This document shows, piece by piece, positions 1-10,022 of a DNA stretch of 64,000 bases; positions within the stretch are counted from its first letter, which is position 1; each line of letters begins with the position of its first letter. Origin of the DNA: an uncultured Gemmatimonadales bacterium (GTDB lineage: Bacteria > Gemmatimonadota > Gemmatimonadetes > Gemmatimonadales > GWC2-71-9); the NCBI GenBank assembly GCA_963822925.1, contig CAWGJN010000001.1:431490-495489 (forward strand), read 5' to 3'. The notes under the pieces are model-generated. The model worked only from the letters and a program-made list of their open reading frames with translations, was not told where the DNA came from and did no database searches. The position numbers and the translations under genes are program-made.

Positions 1-946
1 CGCTCGACCGTCCAACAAATGGACCGGTGTCCGGCGTTCCATTGGCCCAGTTGGCGTCCAGGTTGCACAGAGTGAGACAACGCGCGAATCGGATGAAGCT
101 GTTGATGCCATCGTAATAGGTGGCATTCACAATGCCATCTGGCGTCACGTAGATGGAGGGGTTGATGCCGATCAGGCTGCTCGAGTTATCCGCCGTGGCG
201 AAGGACCAGGATGTCAGCGTGGTGCACGCGGTCAGACAGGTAGCGTACTGAAGGGTCTGAAGCCGGTCACTTCGATACACCATGTGGACCCGGCCAGATT
301 GATCGACCCCGATCGCGCTGGAGGAACCGATGTTCCCCACGGTATCGACCGCGAGGACGTTCCAGCTGCCGGGAAGGGCGCAGTTCGTCGCGCATTCGGC
401 GTAGACGAGATCGCCGTTGACCGAGTCGGCGTAGACAGCATGGAGGCCGCCGGTCGAATCCTTGGCGAGGTCCAGGCGACCGAAGAAGCTGGTACCACTT
501 GCGAGCGGGAAGTGAACTATTGGTCGGGTTGTGAAGCTCCAGGTAAACGGCGCCGGGAGCGCGCCACCATTCGTGGAGAGAAGCGCAGTGGAGATCGTCG
601 CCCGGTACTTGGTTCCCGGAAGCAGTGATGCGGTTGCCTGCACCTGATTTCCGCCCGTCACCAGAATCCGGCGCGGTACGTCGAAACCGTCCGCGTCGGT
701 CACGATATTGAACGAGGTGACGGTGGCGGTGGATGTCTGAACCGGAGCGTTGGTGTTGACGAGGACCGGCAAGCCAAAGGGCGCGGCAAGTACGTCAGCC
801 GCTGGGGACGTCGACGTGATCGCCAGCGGAGTCGATCCACCTCCGCCATTGTCAGGAGGAGGAAGCGCCACGGGCTCTTCACATGCGGCCAGCCCGCACA
901 GGAGCAGCAGGACGGCGGCATTGCGCCGGTTCCAAAGTGAGCTCAT
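1..946 (-). CDS. Partial secreted lipoprotein (N-terminus in window, C-terminus off the left edge) with three ~50-aa Cys-pair repeats
   Basis: Minus-strand frame is open from ATG 946..944 to position 1; I checked every codon and found no stop. GGAGGG lies about 7 nt upstream. Lipobox LLLLCGLAAC. It is absent from the ORF track only because it has no in-window stop. Confidence 0.6.
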   Translation of the reverse strand, partial: MSSLWNRRNAAVLLLLCGLAACEEPVALPPPDNGGGGSTPLAITSTSPAADVLAAPFGLPVLVNTNAPVQTSTATVTSFNIVTDADGFDVPRRILVTGGNQVQATASLLPGTKYRATISTALLSTNGGALPAPFTWSFTTRPIVHFPLASGTSFFGRLDLAKDSTGGLHAVYADSVNGDLVYAECATNCALPGSWNVLAVDTVGNIGSSSAIGVDQSGRVHMVYRSDRLQTLQYATCLTACTTLTSWSFATADNSSSLIGINPSIYVTPDGIVNATYYDGINSFIRFARCLTLCNLDANWANGTPDTGPFVGRSS

Positions 947-1079
947 TCGTATCCCTCCGGCCGGCCGGCCTCGAGTTCGATTTGACCACATCCGCACGAA
1001 ACATCGCAAGCGACGAGCCGGTCAGGTATCCCCAAGCTTGTTTGCAAGAGGACGAGGAACGCAAGTCGCTGTGACGGGG

Positions 1080-2699
1080 CTACTTGCCCCCCTGCCCCGG
1101 CTCTAGCCCCCAGCGCTCCACGCCTTCAAGCCAGCTCCACGGATTGATGGATACCCCGGTGATTCGCCGGGACGCGACCGCGGTTTGCTCGGGTGTATAG
1201 AGGAACACAGCGGGCGCATCGGCGTTCATGGAATCGAGCACTTCATGCCAGTGAATGCGCGCCGTCGGCAGCGCAGACGTGCCCAACGCCACCTGGATCA
1301 GCGAGTCCACGACCTCGTTCGCGTAGTGCCCGTAATTGAGCGCGCCCCACCCGGCGCGGGTCCACTGATCGACGATCCCGCGCGGACTCGGCTCGTCGAG
1401 GTAGGCGCCGATGTACACATCGAACTTCCCTTGCGCGAGCCGCTGTTGGAACACCGGGAAATCGACGGCGTCGATGGAGACCTCCGCGCCGAGCCGGCGC
1501 CAGGATTCCTGCAGCGCCTCGGCGAGCAGCTTGCGGCTCGGGCTGGTGGCCGGCACCAGCAACCCGAACGCGAGGCGCGTGGCACCTCGGTGGCGCACAC
1601 CGCCGCCGTCGCGCTTCCATCCGGCCGAATCGAGCAGTGCCGCAGCCGCTGCCGTGTCATACGGCAGGGTGATGACACCGTCTCCGGCGATCCACTGCAG
1701 GCGGGAAACGGGACCTTCGGGCACGGCGGTTTTCGGTCCGAAGACCGCGCGCGCGATGCTGGCGCGGTCGACGGCGAGGGTAAGCGCCTGGCGCACGGCA
1801 CGATCGCTGAAGCGCGCATCGCGCCTTCCCTTCGCGCCCTCGATCTTGAACGCCGCGAAGCCGTACACCGCGGAGGAGTATGGGATCGCGCGGAGCATCG
1901 TGTCGCCTGCGGCACGCTGCGCCTGCGCCGGCGCACCGGCCTGCTCCAGCAACTCGGCTTCATCAGCGAGGAGAAGGTTGAGCGCGGCGTCTGGATCGGT
2001 CGTGAAGCGCCAGACGAGGCGCTGGATGGCCGGCGCCGGTTGCCACGTGGAATCCGCTTCGAGCGTGACCGACGTTCCGCGAACCCAGCTCACCACTCGA
2101 TAGGGTCCACTGCCGACGAGGTGCGCAAGCGAGGTATCACTGACCCAGGCAGCGGGCGGCAGGGCGGCCCAGACGTGCCGCGGCAGGATGCGCACGTGCC
2201 ATGTCGCGTCGTACAGCTGCTCCGGCGAGTATCTGGGGAAGCGCACCAGCACGGTAGCGGAGTCGATCACTTCTGCGCGCACTCCCTCCAGCGCTGAAGC
2301 CGCCCCAGTCTCGAGAGAAGAATCGGTATACGCCGCGAACGAGAAGGCGACATCGCTTGCCGTGACCGAAACGCTGTCATGCCAGAGGGCGCCGGGCCGG
2401 AGGTGAAAGCGCCAGCTTAGCGAGTCGACCCGGTCCCAGGAGATGGCGAGTCCCGGCCGGAACGCGGTGGGGTCGATGGTGGCGCCATTCGGCTCAAACG
2501 TGGCGAGCCGTTCGAACACCCGATCGCCGATATCGCGACCAACGGTCTCGAACACCAGCGGAGGGAAGATGCTGGCCGGCTCCCGCACGGCGGCGATGCG
2601 GACGGTGCGGCAATGCTCGCAGGGTCCGCGGGCCCGTTCGCACCCGGCGAGGATGCTTATAAAGGAGGCGGTCAGGAGTGACGCGATTCGACGGGTCAT
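1080..2699 (-). CDS. ABC-transporter substrate-binding protein, family 5 (peptide/nickel type), lipoprotein
   Basis: 558-aa track ORF. The likely start is MTRRIASLLTASFISILAGC (ATG 2699). Length and sequence pattern are typical of DppA/OppA-type binding proteins. No permease or ATPase genes are adjacent. Confidence 0.75.
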   Translation of the reverse strand: MTRRIASLLTASFISILAGCERARGPCEHCRTVRIAAVREPASIFPPLVFETVGRDIGDRVFERLATFEPNGATIDPTAFRPGLAISWDRVDSLSWRFHLRPGALWHDSVSVTASDVAFSFAAYTDSSLETGAASALEGVRAEVIDSATVLVRFPRYSPEQLYDATWHVRILPRHVWAALPPAAWVSDTSLAHLVGSGPYRVVSWVRGTSVTLEADSTWQPAPAIQRLVWRFTTDPDAALNLLLADEAELLEQAGAPAQAQRAAGDTMLRAIPYSSAVYGFAAFKIEGAKGRRDARFSDRAVRQALTLAVDRASIARAVFGPKTAVPEGPVSRLQWIAGDGVITLPYDTAAAAALLDSAGWKRDGGGVRHRGATRLAFGLLVPATSPSRKLLAEALQESWRRLGAEVSIDAVDFPVFQQRLAQGKFDVYIGAYLDEPSPRGIVDQWTRAGWGALNYGHYANEVVDSLIQVALGTSALPTARIHWHEVLDSMNADAPAVFLYTPEQTAVASRRITGVSINPWSWLEGVERWGLEPGQGGK

Positions 2700-2935
2700 G
2701 GGACTCCAGCAGGTGATCGAACGGCGCCATTGGCGCATCGGCGCCTGTCTCGCCATGATGTACCTGGAACAAAACGTTACAACACTACGATGCAGGCCTG
2801 ATTGAGTCTCTTGTGTAACTTATTACTCCAAAGCTACTTAGCAAATCGCGGAAGCGGGAACGGGACCTGCCCATAGAGGGGCGTCCGGGTCCAGCCATGG
2901 GACCATCTTCACCGCCCAGATCCAGAGGTATCCTC

Positions 2936-3862
2936 ATGAGAAATTTCAGTGCTGTTACTGTTGCCGCGGGTATGGTCCTTCTCGCCGGCTGTTCCGATTC
3001 AGGTACCGGCACCGCCGCCGATGCCACGGTGCGCTTCAACGTGGCGACCTCGAGTGCCGCGGCCGCGGCGGGCGTGGCCCTCGATGTAAGCGGCGGACCG
3101 GAGACGTTCACCGACGGCACCAACACACTGGTGGTCGAGAGCGCCCAGATGGTCCTGCGCGACATCGACTTCCACCTCGTCGAGACCGCGACCTGCACGG
3201 ATGACGGGTCCGACGACGGCTCGCCCGACGATGGCTCGGGCAACGGCTCTGACGATCCCAGTGGCGATGACCACGGTGGCAACAGCGGTTCGGATTCGCG
3301 GACGGCTGCCGTAAGCGGAACCATCGCGATGTCGCATGACGATGACGGCAACGATGACGATTGCGACGAGCTCCGCATCGGGCCGTACCTGCTCGACCTG
3401 CCGCTCGGCGCCGGCGCGTCGCGGGCCTTCTCGATCGAGCTTCCGGCCGGTAGCTATCGCGAGGTGAAGTTCAAGGTGCACAAGGCGACCCGCGATAGTG
3501 ACGCGACGTTCATCGCAGCGCACCCTGAATTCGAGCAGCGGAGCGTGCGGGTAGTCGGCACCTACAACGGCGTGGCGTTCGATTTCACCAGCGACGCGAC
3601 CGCGAGTCAGGAAGACGAGTTCAATCCTCCGCTCACGGTCGATGGGACGACGGCCACGGACCTGACGCTCTTCGTCGACCTGTCCACCTGGTTCCTGGTG
3701 AATGGCGTGCTGGTGGATCCGGCCCAGGCCAATGGCGACCAACCCTTCGCCAGCCAGGTGAAGGACAACATCAAGGCGTCGATCCGGGCGTTCGAGGATG
3801 ACGACCGCGACGGCGAGGATGATCACCATGAGAGCGGGGGCGACAATCAGGGCCACGGCTGA
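2936..3862 (+). CDS. DUF4382-like lipoprotein with a D/G/S-rich acidic insert
   Basis: Start MRNFSAVTVAAGMVLLAGC (lipobox). The central tract is DDGSDDGSPDDGSGNGSDDPSGDDHGG. The C-terminal half (LDLPLGAGASRAFSIELPAGSYREVKFKVHK) resembles DUF4382. Confidence 0.5.
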   Translation: MRNFSAVTVAAGMVLLAGCSDSGTGTAADATVRFNVATSSAAAAAGVALDVSGGPETFTDGTNTLVVESAQMVLRDIDFHLVETATCTDDGSDDGSPDDGSGNGSDDPSGDDHGGNSGSDSRTAAVSGTIAMSHDDDGNDDDCDELRIGPYLLDLPLGAGASRAFSIELPAGSYREVKFKVHKATRDSDATFIAAHPEFEQRSVRVVGTYNGVAFDFTSDATASQEDEFNPPLTVDGTTATDLTLFVDLSTWFLVNGVLVDPAQANGDQPFASQVKDNIKASIRAFEDDDRDGEDDHHESGGDNQGHG

Positions 3863-3880
3863 CCGGAACCGCGAGTACGG

Positions 3881-5212
3881 ATGACGCCGGACTGGAGCGT
3901 ACTGATGGTCACGCTCAGTGAGAGCTTCCGCACCACCCTGGACGGGATGGTGCGGGAGCTTGGCGCGTTACCGGTCCCGTGGAACCCGGCCGAGGGCCGG
4001 GCCAAGGTAGACGGTCCGGTGCTGGTGCTCGGCGGCGGGGTGGAGACTGATGCCATCGACCTCATCACCGAGCTCGACAAGGCAAACCCGGTGCTGCTGG
4101 TGGGCGCCTCCACCGATCACCGGCTGGGATCGGCCGCGGTTCGCGCGGGCGCGCGTGACTACTTCGCGCTGCCGGGCGACCTCGATGCGCTGCGCCGCAC
4201 GCTGGAGCGCGAGGGGCGCGAGCGTCGGGGCGCGAGCGAGGGAGGGCGGTTCGCCGCCGCGGAGCGGCTTGCCAGCGGCTTCGCGGCGATCGTGGGTCAC
4301 AGCGAGCCGATGCGTCGCGCGCTGGACCAGGCGCGGCGCGTGACCCGGCACGGCAGCGTGACGGTGCTGATCACGGGTGAGACCGGCACGGGCAAGGAGC
4401 TGCTGGCACGGGCGATCCATTACGAAGGGCCACGCGCTACCGGGCCATTCGTGGAGATCAATTGCGCCGCGATCCCTGCGTCGCTGCTGGAGAGCGAATT
4501 GTTCGGGCACGAGAAGGGCGCGTTCACCGGCGCCATCGCCACCAAGCCCGGGCTGTTCGAGCTGGCGCACGGTGGCACGCTGTTCCTCGACGAGATCGGC
4601 ACCATGCCGATGGAATTGCAGGCCAAGCTCCTGCGCGCACTCGAGAGCCGCGAGATCCGGCGGGTGGGCGGACAGCGCACCCACCGTCTCGAGGTGCGGG
4701 TGATCGCCGCGACGCATGGGGACCTTCGGAGCGCCATTGCCCGGGGTGAGTTCCGCGAGGACCTCTTCTACCGGCTCAACGTGGTGGCACTGTCACTGCC
4801 CCCGCTCAGGGAGCGGCTGCAAGACGTGGAGCAGCTGGCCGAGGTGTTCCTGGAGCGGCTGGCCGCAACGTACGGTATGCCAGTGCCGCCGCTCACGCCC
4901 GCTCTGCGTGCCGCGCTGCACGCGCATCGCTGGCCCGGTAATGTCCGGGAACTCCGCAACACGATCGAACGCGGCCTGGTGTTGTCGCCGCGGGGCTCGC
5001 TGGACACCGACGCGCTGTTCGCTTCGGATGCGCCGGCGTCTGCTCCCGCCGGATCCGGTGGCCTGCCCTTCCCCGCCGACCTCGCCACGATCAATCGCGC
5101 CGCGGCGCGGTCGATGGTTGAGTACACCGGTGGCAACAAGAGCGAGGCCGCCAGGCGCCTCGGGATTTCGCGTCCACGACTGAACCGACTGCTCGATGAT
5201 TCCACTCCCTAG
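3881..5212 (+). CDS. Sigma-54-dependent transcriptional activator (NtrC family) with a degenerate receiver domain
   Basis: AAA+ motifs GETGTGKE and GAFTGA-type loop (EKGAFTGA). C-terminal Fis-type HTH (GGNKSEAARRLGISRPRLNRLL). The N-terminal receiver-like fold lacks the acidic pocket and the phospho-Asp. Confidence 0.85.
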   Translation: MTPDWSVLMVTLSESFRTTLDGMVRELGALPVPWNPAEGRAKVDGPVLVLGGGVETDAIDLITELDKANPVLLVGASTDHRLGSAAVRAGARDYFALPGDLDALRRTLEREGRERRGASEGGRFAAAERLASGFAAIVGHSEPMRRALDQARRVTRHGSVTVLITGETGTGKELLARAIHYEGPRATGPFVEINCAAIPASLLESELFGHEKGAFTGAIATKPGLFELAHGGTLFLDEIGTMPMELQAKLLRALESREIRRVGGQRTHRLEVRVIAATHGDLRSAIARGEFREDLFYRLNVVALSLPPLRERLQDVEQLAEVFLERLAATYGMPVPPLTPALRAALHAHRWPGNVRELRNTIERGLVLSPRGSLDTDALFASDAPASAPAGSGGLPFPADLATINRAAARSMVEYTGGNKSEAARRLGISRPRLNRLLDDSTP

Positions 5213-5240
5213 ATCCGGCCGCCGGCCGGAAGGATCCCGC

Positions 5241-5888
5241 ATGTTTGCCAGCGCCCGCGTCCGGGCCATGGTGACCAGCATCGCGCTGGCACTCGCCATC
5301 GGCTGTTCCTCCGACACCACCTCCCCCAGCTCACCGGGGTCCCCCAGCTCACCGGGGTCGGAACGGCCGCCCGAAGGCCTCAACGTTGCCCGGCTCGCCA
5401 GCTCGGCGCCGCCGCTCGAGGAGAGCACCGTCTCGTTCTGGGCGGTCAAGGGCCGGGGCGTGGAACAGAAGCTCTACTTCCTCGATTCACAGGGCCAGCG
5501 CGGGGAGGAGTATCTCGCGCTCAAGCTGGACAACGAATCGCTGAGGCTTCGCCCGGACGGGACGGCCATCGCCGAAGGCGACTCGGTGCTCATCACGATC
5601 ACAGTAGAGGATCCGGCCCTGTTGCTCTTCGAGCTCCAGCCGACTGGCCTCAAGTTCAGCGCCGCCGCGCCGGCGGAACTCAAGATCCGCTACGACCATG
5701 CGGACGACGACCTGAACGATAATGGCAAGGTGGACGGCGAGGACGACCATCTGGAGACGATGCTCGGCATCTGGAGGCAGGAACAGCCTGGTGACCCGTT
5801 CGTGCGGCTGGGTAGTGTGAAAGTTGAAGGCGTGGAAGAACTCGAGGCCGAGCTCGAGGGGTTCAGCCGCTACGCGATCGCCTATTGA
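5241..5888 (+). CDS. Hypothetical lipoprotein
   Basis: MFASARVRAMVTSIALALAIGCSSD lipobox. It follows the activator gene on the same strand. Confidence 0.55.
   Translation: MFASARVRAMVTSIALALAIGCSSDTTSPSSPGSPSSPGSERPPEGLNVARLASSAPPLEESTVSFWAVKGRGVEQKLYFLDSQGQRGEEYLALKLDNESLRLRPDGTAIAEGDSVLITITVEDPALLLFELQPTGLKFSAAAPAELKIRYDHADDDLNDNGKVDGEDDHLETMLGIWRQEQPGDPFVRLGSVKVEGVEELEAELEGFSRYAIAY
5323..5358 (+). repeat. Perfect 18-nt tandem duplication (cccccagctcaccggggt x2) encoding SPSSPG x2
   Basis: Read directly: 5323..5340 equals 5341..5358. Confidence 0.9.
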
Positions 5889-5898
5889 GGATGGATTA

Positions 5899-6894
5899 AT
5901 GATCGCGCCCAACGCCGAACCCGACTTCGTCGCCACCCTGCGCGCGCTTCTCAGCGCGGGCCGGTATCGTGATGTCGTAGCGTCGTGGCTCGACGCCCCG
6001 GCGGCGGAAGCGCGGCGCAGCGAGGCGCTGCTGCTGGCGGCCACGGCGTCGATGCGCCTGGGCGAGGTGGCACGGGCGGGGGAGCTGGCCGCCGAGGCGG
6101 CGGAGGGATTCCGGCAGCGCGCCGACCAGGATGGCCGACTGCGCGCCCTCAACCTGCTTGGCGCGGTCGCGTTCGAGCAGGGAGCGCTCGACGATGCGGT
6201 GAGCCAGTTCGAGATGGCGCGCGGCCTGGCCCGTCAGCTCCAGGATACGCTCTTCGAGGCACATGCGGCCAACAACCTGGCCTCGGTGGCCCACCTTCGA
6301 GGCGATGCGGTTTCGGCGCTGAGCCTCTATCGCGCCGCGCTGCTGGGTTACCAGCGCCTCGGCGACCGGCGTGGCACCAGCCAGACCTACCACAACCTGG
6401 GCCTCGCGTTCCGGGAACTGGGCGCCTGGCAGGATGCCGACGAGGCGACGGTGCAGGCGGTGCGGCATGCGCGGCTGGTGGAGGACGCGGCACTCGCCGC
6501 ACTGGCAGTAACGGGTCGCGCGGAGCTGGACGTGGCACGCGGCGCGCTCGACGTCGCCGCACGCGAACTCGATCGCGCCGATGAGCTGGCGCGGCAGGCC
6601 GGGGATCAGCTGGGCATCGCTGATGTCGGCCGGGTGCGCGCAATGGTGGCGCTGCAGTCGGACGACGCCGCCGGGGCACTCGTATCGGCACGAGCTGCCG
6701 GCGCCATGGCGGAGGAACAAGGTTCGGCGCTTCTCGCGGCGGAGTGCGCCGCCGCAGAGGCACTGGCCCTCTGGCGCCTGGCGCGGCGGGATGAGGCTGA
6801 GGCGCGCCGGCGGAGCGCAACCGACGGCTTCGCGCGTCTCGGAGCCACGGCGCTGGCCGAGCGATTGAGCCGTGAGTGGGAAACGCGGGCCTAG
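5899..6894 (+). CDS. TPR-repeat protein
   Basis: ATG 5899 with GAGGA 8 nt upstream. Repeated A/L/R-rich helical pairs (e.g. AANNLASVAHLRGDAVSALSLYRAALLGYQRLGD) are typical of TPR proteins. Confidence 0.6.
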   Translation: MIAPNAEPDFVATLRALLSAGRYRDVVASWLDAPAAEARRSEALLLAATASMRLGEVARAGELAAEAAEGFRQRADQDGRLRALNLLGAVAFEQGALDDAVSQFEMARGLARQLQDTLFEAHAANNLASVAHLRGDAVSALSLYRAALLGYQRLGDRRGTSQTYHNLGLAFRELGAWQDADEATVQAVRHARLVEDAALAALAVTGRAELDVARGALDVAARELDRADELARQAGDQLGIADVGRVRAMVALQSDDAAGALVSARAAGAMAEEQGSALLAAECAAAEALALWRLARRDEAEARRRSATDGFARLGATALAERLSREWETRA

Positions 6895-7943
6895 CGAGGC
6901 GTGGACAAGGGCTCGCGTAGCGACGCGATGTCGGCCCGCCCATAGCGATCCAGGAGCTGCCGCACTACGAGCGTCAGCGGCACGGCCAGGATGGTTCCCA
7001 CCGGTCCAAACACCCAGCCCCAGAAGAGCAGCGAGAAGAACATCTCGACAAAGTTCATCTCGAACCCGTGCTTGATGAGCCGGGGCCTGACGATGTTGTC
7101 GTTGATGAAGCTGATGATCACATACCCAGCGACCACCATCAGGGCGCGATCCCAGCCGTATTCGAGCAGGGCGATGAGAGCCGGCGGCACCATCGCGAGC
7201 ACGAACCCTACCACCGGGATGAAGGAGACGAAGAAGGCGAGCACGCCCCAGGTGATCGCGAAGTCGATCCGCAGCGCCTCGAGCAGGAGCAGGTTGGCCG
7301 CCGCGCCGATGAAGGCCATCAGCGCGGTCAGGCGCATGTAGGAGCGGATTTCGCCGCCGAAGACCTCCGTCTGCCGCATCCAGCGCAGCCCCGGCAGCCC
7401 CGGCGTGCGGCTGTCGCGCACCGCAAGGTCGATCAGCATGAACACCACGAGCAGCAGAACAAAGATGGCGCGCCCCAGCGTCAGGATGACGCTGCTCGCC
7501 ACCGAGGTCGCCGTGCCGACCAGGCGGCCGGGATCCAGGAAGCCGAGAGTCCTCAGGTGGCTGGTATCGACGTGGGCGCGCGTGAGCAGTCCCGTGATGG
7601 TGTCGCCGATCGCGGCCAGCTGCTGCTGGTAGTTCGGCAGCGTCTGCACCAGCCGCGTAAGCGAGTTGATCAGGAGGCCGATCAGCACCACGCCGCACAC
7701 CACCGTCAGCACCAGCGTGAGGATCGCCGATGTCGCGTTGCTCAGGCCCCGGCGCATGAGCCACTGCATCACCGGTGCGAGACTCTCGGCGACCACGATG
7801 GCCACCATGAAGACGGTGAGTACGGAGGCGAGAGCGCGGAGGCCCAGCACGATGACCACCACGGCGGCGGCGCCGACGAGCAGCCGCAGCAGCGGAGTCA
7901 TCGCCAGGCGGCCCAGGCCGGGGCCCGGATCGGCGGGTGTCAC
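6891..7943 (-). CDS. AI-2E family transporter (PerM/UPF0118)
   Basis: 350-aa polytopic membrane protein. The C-terminal GTILAVPLTLVV pattern is typical of the family. Confidence 0.75.
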   Translation of the reverse strand: MTPADPGPGLGRLAMTPLLRLLVGAAAVVVIVLGLRALASVLTVFMVAIVVAESLAPVMQWLMRRGLSNATSAILTLVLTVVCGVVLIGLLINSLTRLVQTLPNYQQQLAAIGDTITGLLTRAHVDTSHLRTLGFLDPGRLVGTATSVASSVILTLGRAIFVLLLVVFMLIDLAVRDSRTPGLPGLRWMRQTEVFGGEIRSYMRLTALMAFIGAAANLLLLEALRIDFAITWGVLAFFVSFIPVVGFVLAMVPPALIALLEYGWDRALMVVAGYVIISFINDNIVRPRLIKHGFEMNFVEMFFSLLFWGWVFGPVGTILAVPLTLVVRQLLDRYGRADIASLREPLSTPR

Positions 7944-7950
7944 CGGCGCA

Positions 7951-9021
7951 TCAGGCGACGGTGATCTCCTTCGCGAGATAGACGTCCTGGATCAGGTTGA
8001 GCAGCTTGACGCCCTCGGCCATGGGCCGCTGGAACGCCTTCCGGCCCGAGATGAGGCCCATGCCGCCGGCCCGCTTGTTGATGACCGCCGTCTTCGCCGC
8101 CTCGGCGAAGTCATTCGAGCCCGAGGCACCGCCGGAGTTGATCAGCCCGGCGCGTCCCATGTAGCAGTTGGCCACCTGGTAACGGGTGAGGTCGATGGGA
8201 TGGTCGGTGGTGAGCTCGGAGTAGATGCGCGGGTCGGTCTTGCCGTACGGATTCTCCTTGCTGTTGAGCGCGGTGAACCCGCCGTTGTTTTCCGGCAATT
8301 TCTGCTTGATGATGTCCGCCTGGATGGTGACGCCGAGGTGATTGGCCTGCCCGGTCAGGTCGGCGGAGACGTGAAAGTCCTTGTCCTTCTTGAAGGCGCT
8401 GTTGCGGAGGTAGCACCAGAGCACGGTGGCCATGCCCATCTCGTGCGCGATGGCGAAGGCCTGGCTCACTTCCACGATCTGCCGCCCTGACTCGGCCGAC
8501 CCGAAGTAGATGGTGGCCCCCACGGCGACACACCCCATGTCCCGTGCCTGCTTCACGCTGGCGAAGGCGATCTGGTCGAACTTGTTGGGATAGGTGAGAA
8601 ACTCGTTGTGATTGAACTTGACCATGAAGGGAATGCGGTGCGCGTACTTCCGCGCGACCGAGCCGAGCACGCCGAGCGTGCTGGCCACCGCATTACATCC
8701 ACCCTCCATCGCCAGCTTCACGATGTTCTCGGGATCGAAGTAGATCGGGTTCTTGGCGAACGACGCGCCCGCCGAGTGCTCGATGCCCTGGTCTACGGGA
8801 AGAATGGAGACGTAACCGGTGCCGGCGAGCCGGCCGTGGCCGGTCAGCGACTGCAGGCTCCGAAGGATCGGCGTCGGGCGATCGGACACGAGGTGCATCC
8901 GGTCCACCCAATCCGGCCCGGGCAGGTGCAGGGACTCCTTGGTAATGCCGGTACACCGGTGCTCCAGCAGGCTCTTCGCGTCGCTGCCCAGGAGCTCGGT
9001 GATCGCTGACAATGGGGCCAT
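7951..9021 (-). CDS. fbaB: Class I fructose-bisphosphate aldolase (FbaB/DhnA type)
   Basis: 356 aa. It is collinear with my memory of E. coli FbaB ([75 protein letters not shown]). Confidence 0.9.
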   Translation of the reverse strand: MAPLSAITELLGSDAKSLLEHRCTGITKESLHLPGPDWVDRMHLVSDRPTPILRSLQSLTGHGRLAGTGYVSILPVDQGIEHSAGASFAKNPIYFDPENIVKLAMEGGCNAVASTLGVLGSVARKYAHRIPFMVKFNHNEFLTYPNKFDQIAFASVKQARDMGCVAVGATIYFGSAESGRQIVEVSQAFAIAHEMGMATVLWCYLRNSAFKKDKDFHVSADLTGQANHLGVTIQADIIKQKLPENNGGFTALNSKENPYGKTDPRIYSELTTDHPIDLTRYQVANCYMGRAGLINSGGASGSNDFAEAAKTAVINKRAGGMGLISGRKAFQRPMAEGVKLLNLIQDVYLAKEITVA

Positions 9022-9221
9022 AAGTCCCTTCTCCGTAGTGCTTTATGCAGATTGAACAGCCGGGGTGACCGGACACGTGCGACGTGCCCGGGGCAGTATC
9101 CTATGGCGCGAACGGCCCCGGCGCCACCGTCGCATTGGCCCAAACTTCCTCTGGACAGGGGAACAGGGGTTCACCATGTTTCTCAGCCCTTACCTGCCTA
9201 ACCCGTTCAGAGGATGCTCTC

Positions 9222-9909
9222 ATGCACCGTTTGTTCGTCCGTACCGTTGCTGCTGCTGCAGTGCTGGCCGCAGCAAGCACCGCGCCCGCTGCCGCACAGA
9301 TCCCAACGTCGTCCTTCGAGATCACGCCCCTCGCTGGCTATCTCTGGGGTGGTGGTTTCCAGACCCCGGCAAACGGCGTCTTCCCCGCCGGCAAGATCGC
9401 GATCCAGCCGAGCTTTGCCTGGGGCGCTGAGGTCGGCTACACGCCCAGTGGGTCAACCTGGTTCGAACTTACCTACCTGCACCAGTCGACCGACGCCAAC
9501 TTCGAGCCCAGCTCTGGCACGTGTTCGTTGGCTAGCTGCACGGCGACCTTCTCGACCAACTACATCCACGCCGGCGCTCGATGGGAGTTTGGAAACCGTA
9601 ACATCAAGCCGTTCATCGGCGGAGGCCTTGGTGTGACGATCTTCGATCCCGGCCAAACTTCCACTGGCATCGATCTCGGCAGCAACACCGATTTCTCGAT
9701 CTCGGGTGAGGTTGGCTTCCGTTACATGTTCGGCAAGAAGCCGGAGGACCAGCGCTTTGGGCTCCGCGGCACCTTCCGCGGCTGGTGGACGTTCGTGCCC
9801 AGCGGCCAGTACGTCTGCGTGGTGCGGATACTACGGCTGCTATGCGGTCGAGGAGTCTGCGACCGTGGCGCAGGGCGAACTCACGGGCGGCCTCGTCATC
9901 ACGTTCTAG
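9222..9909 (+). pseudogene. Outer-membrane beta-barrel protein whose frame breaks near 9810-9825 (true frameshift or sequencing indel)
   Basis: ATG 9222 with AGAGGA upstream and signal peptide [26 protein letters not shown]. The frame of 9084 becomes Arg/Cys-rich nonsense after ...[11 protein letters not shown]. The +1 frame (track ORF 9706..9909) ends ...[13 protein letters not shown]-stop, a typical OMP C-terminal Phe. Confidence 0.6.
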
Positions 9910-9932
9910 TCGAACTCCGAGGCAGCTGCAAA

Positions 9933-9959
9933 GAAACCCCGGGCGGTGCCCGGGGTTTC
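9933..9959 (+). terminator. Stem-loop: 11-bp perfect stem gaaaccccggg / cccggggtttc with loop cggtg
   Basis: Read directly. It lies 24 nt after the OMP stop (9907..9909) and is followed by tctctcgtt. Confidence 0.6.
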
Positions 9960-10022
9960 TCTCGTTATGGGGTGGTGGCCGTGGGGCCGATCGAACTGTT
10001 TCAAGCCGACAATGCGAGGCAC

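Noticed and set aside
5896-7764. Very long ORFs in the track that overlap confidently called genes. Examples: 5896..7764 (-, 622 aa), 15499..16965 (+), 24940..26637 (+), 33618..35345 (+), 46366..48360 (-), 48174..49757 (-), 54587..56434 (-), 59353..60816 (+).
   Set aside because: They are antisense or out of frame to genes with clear family motifs. Their translations are Arg/Gly/His/Pro-rich low-complexity strings typical of shadow ORFs in high-GC DNA. They have no recognisable domains.
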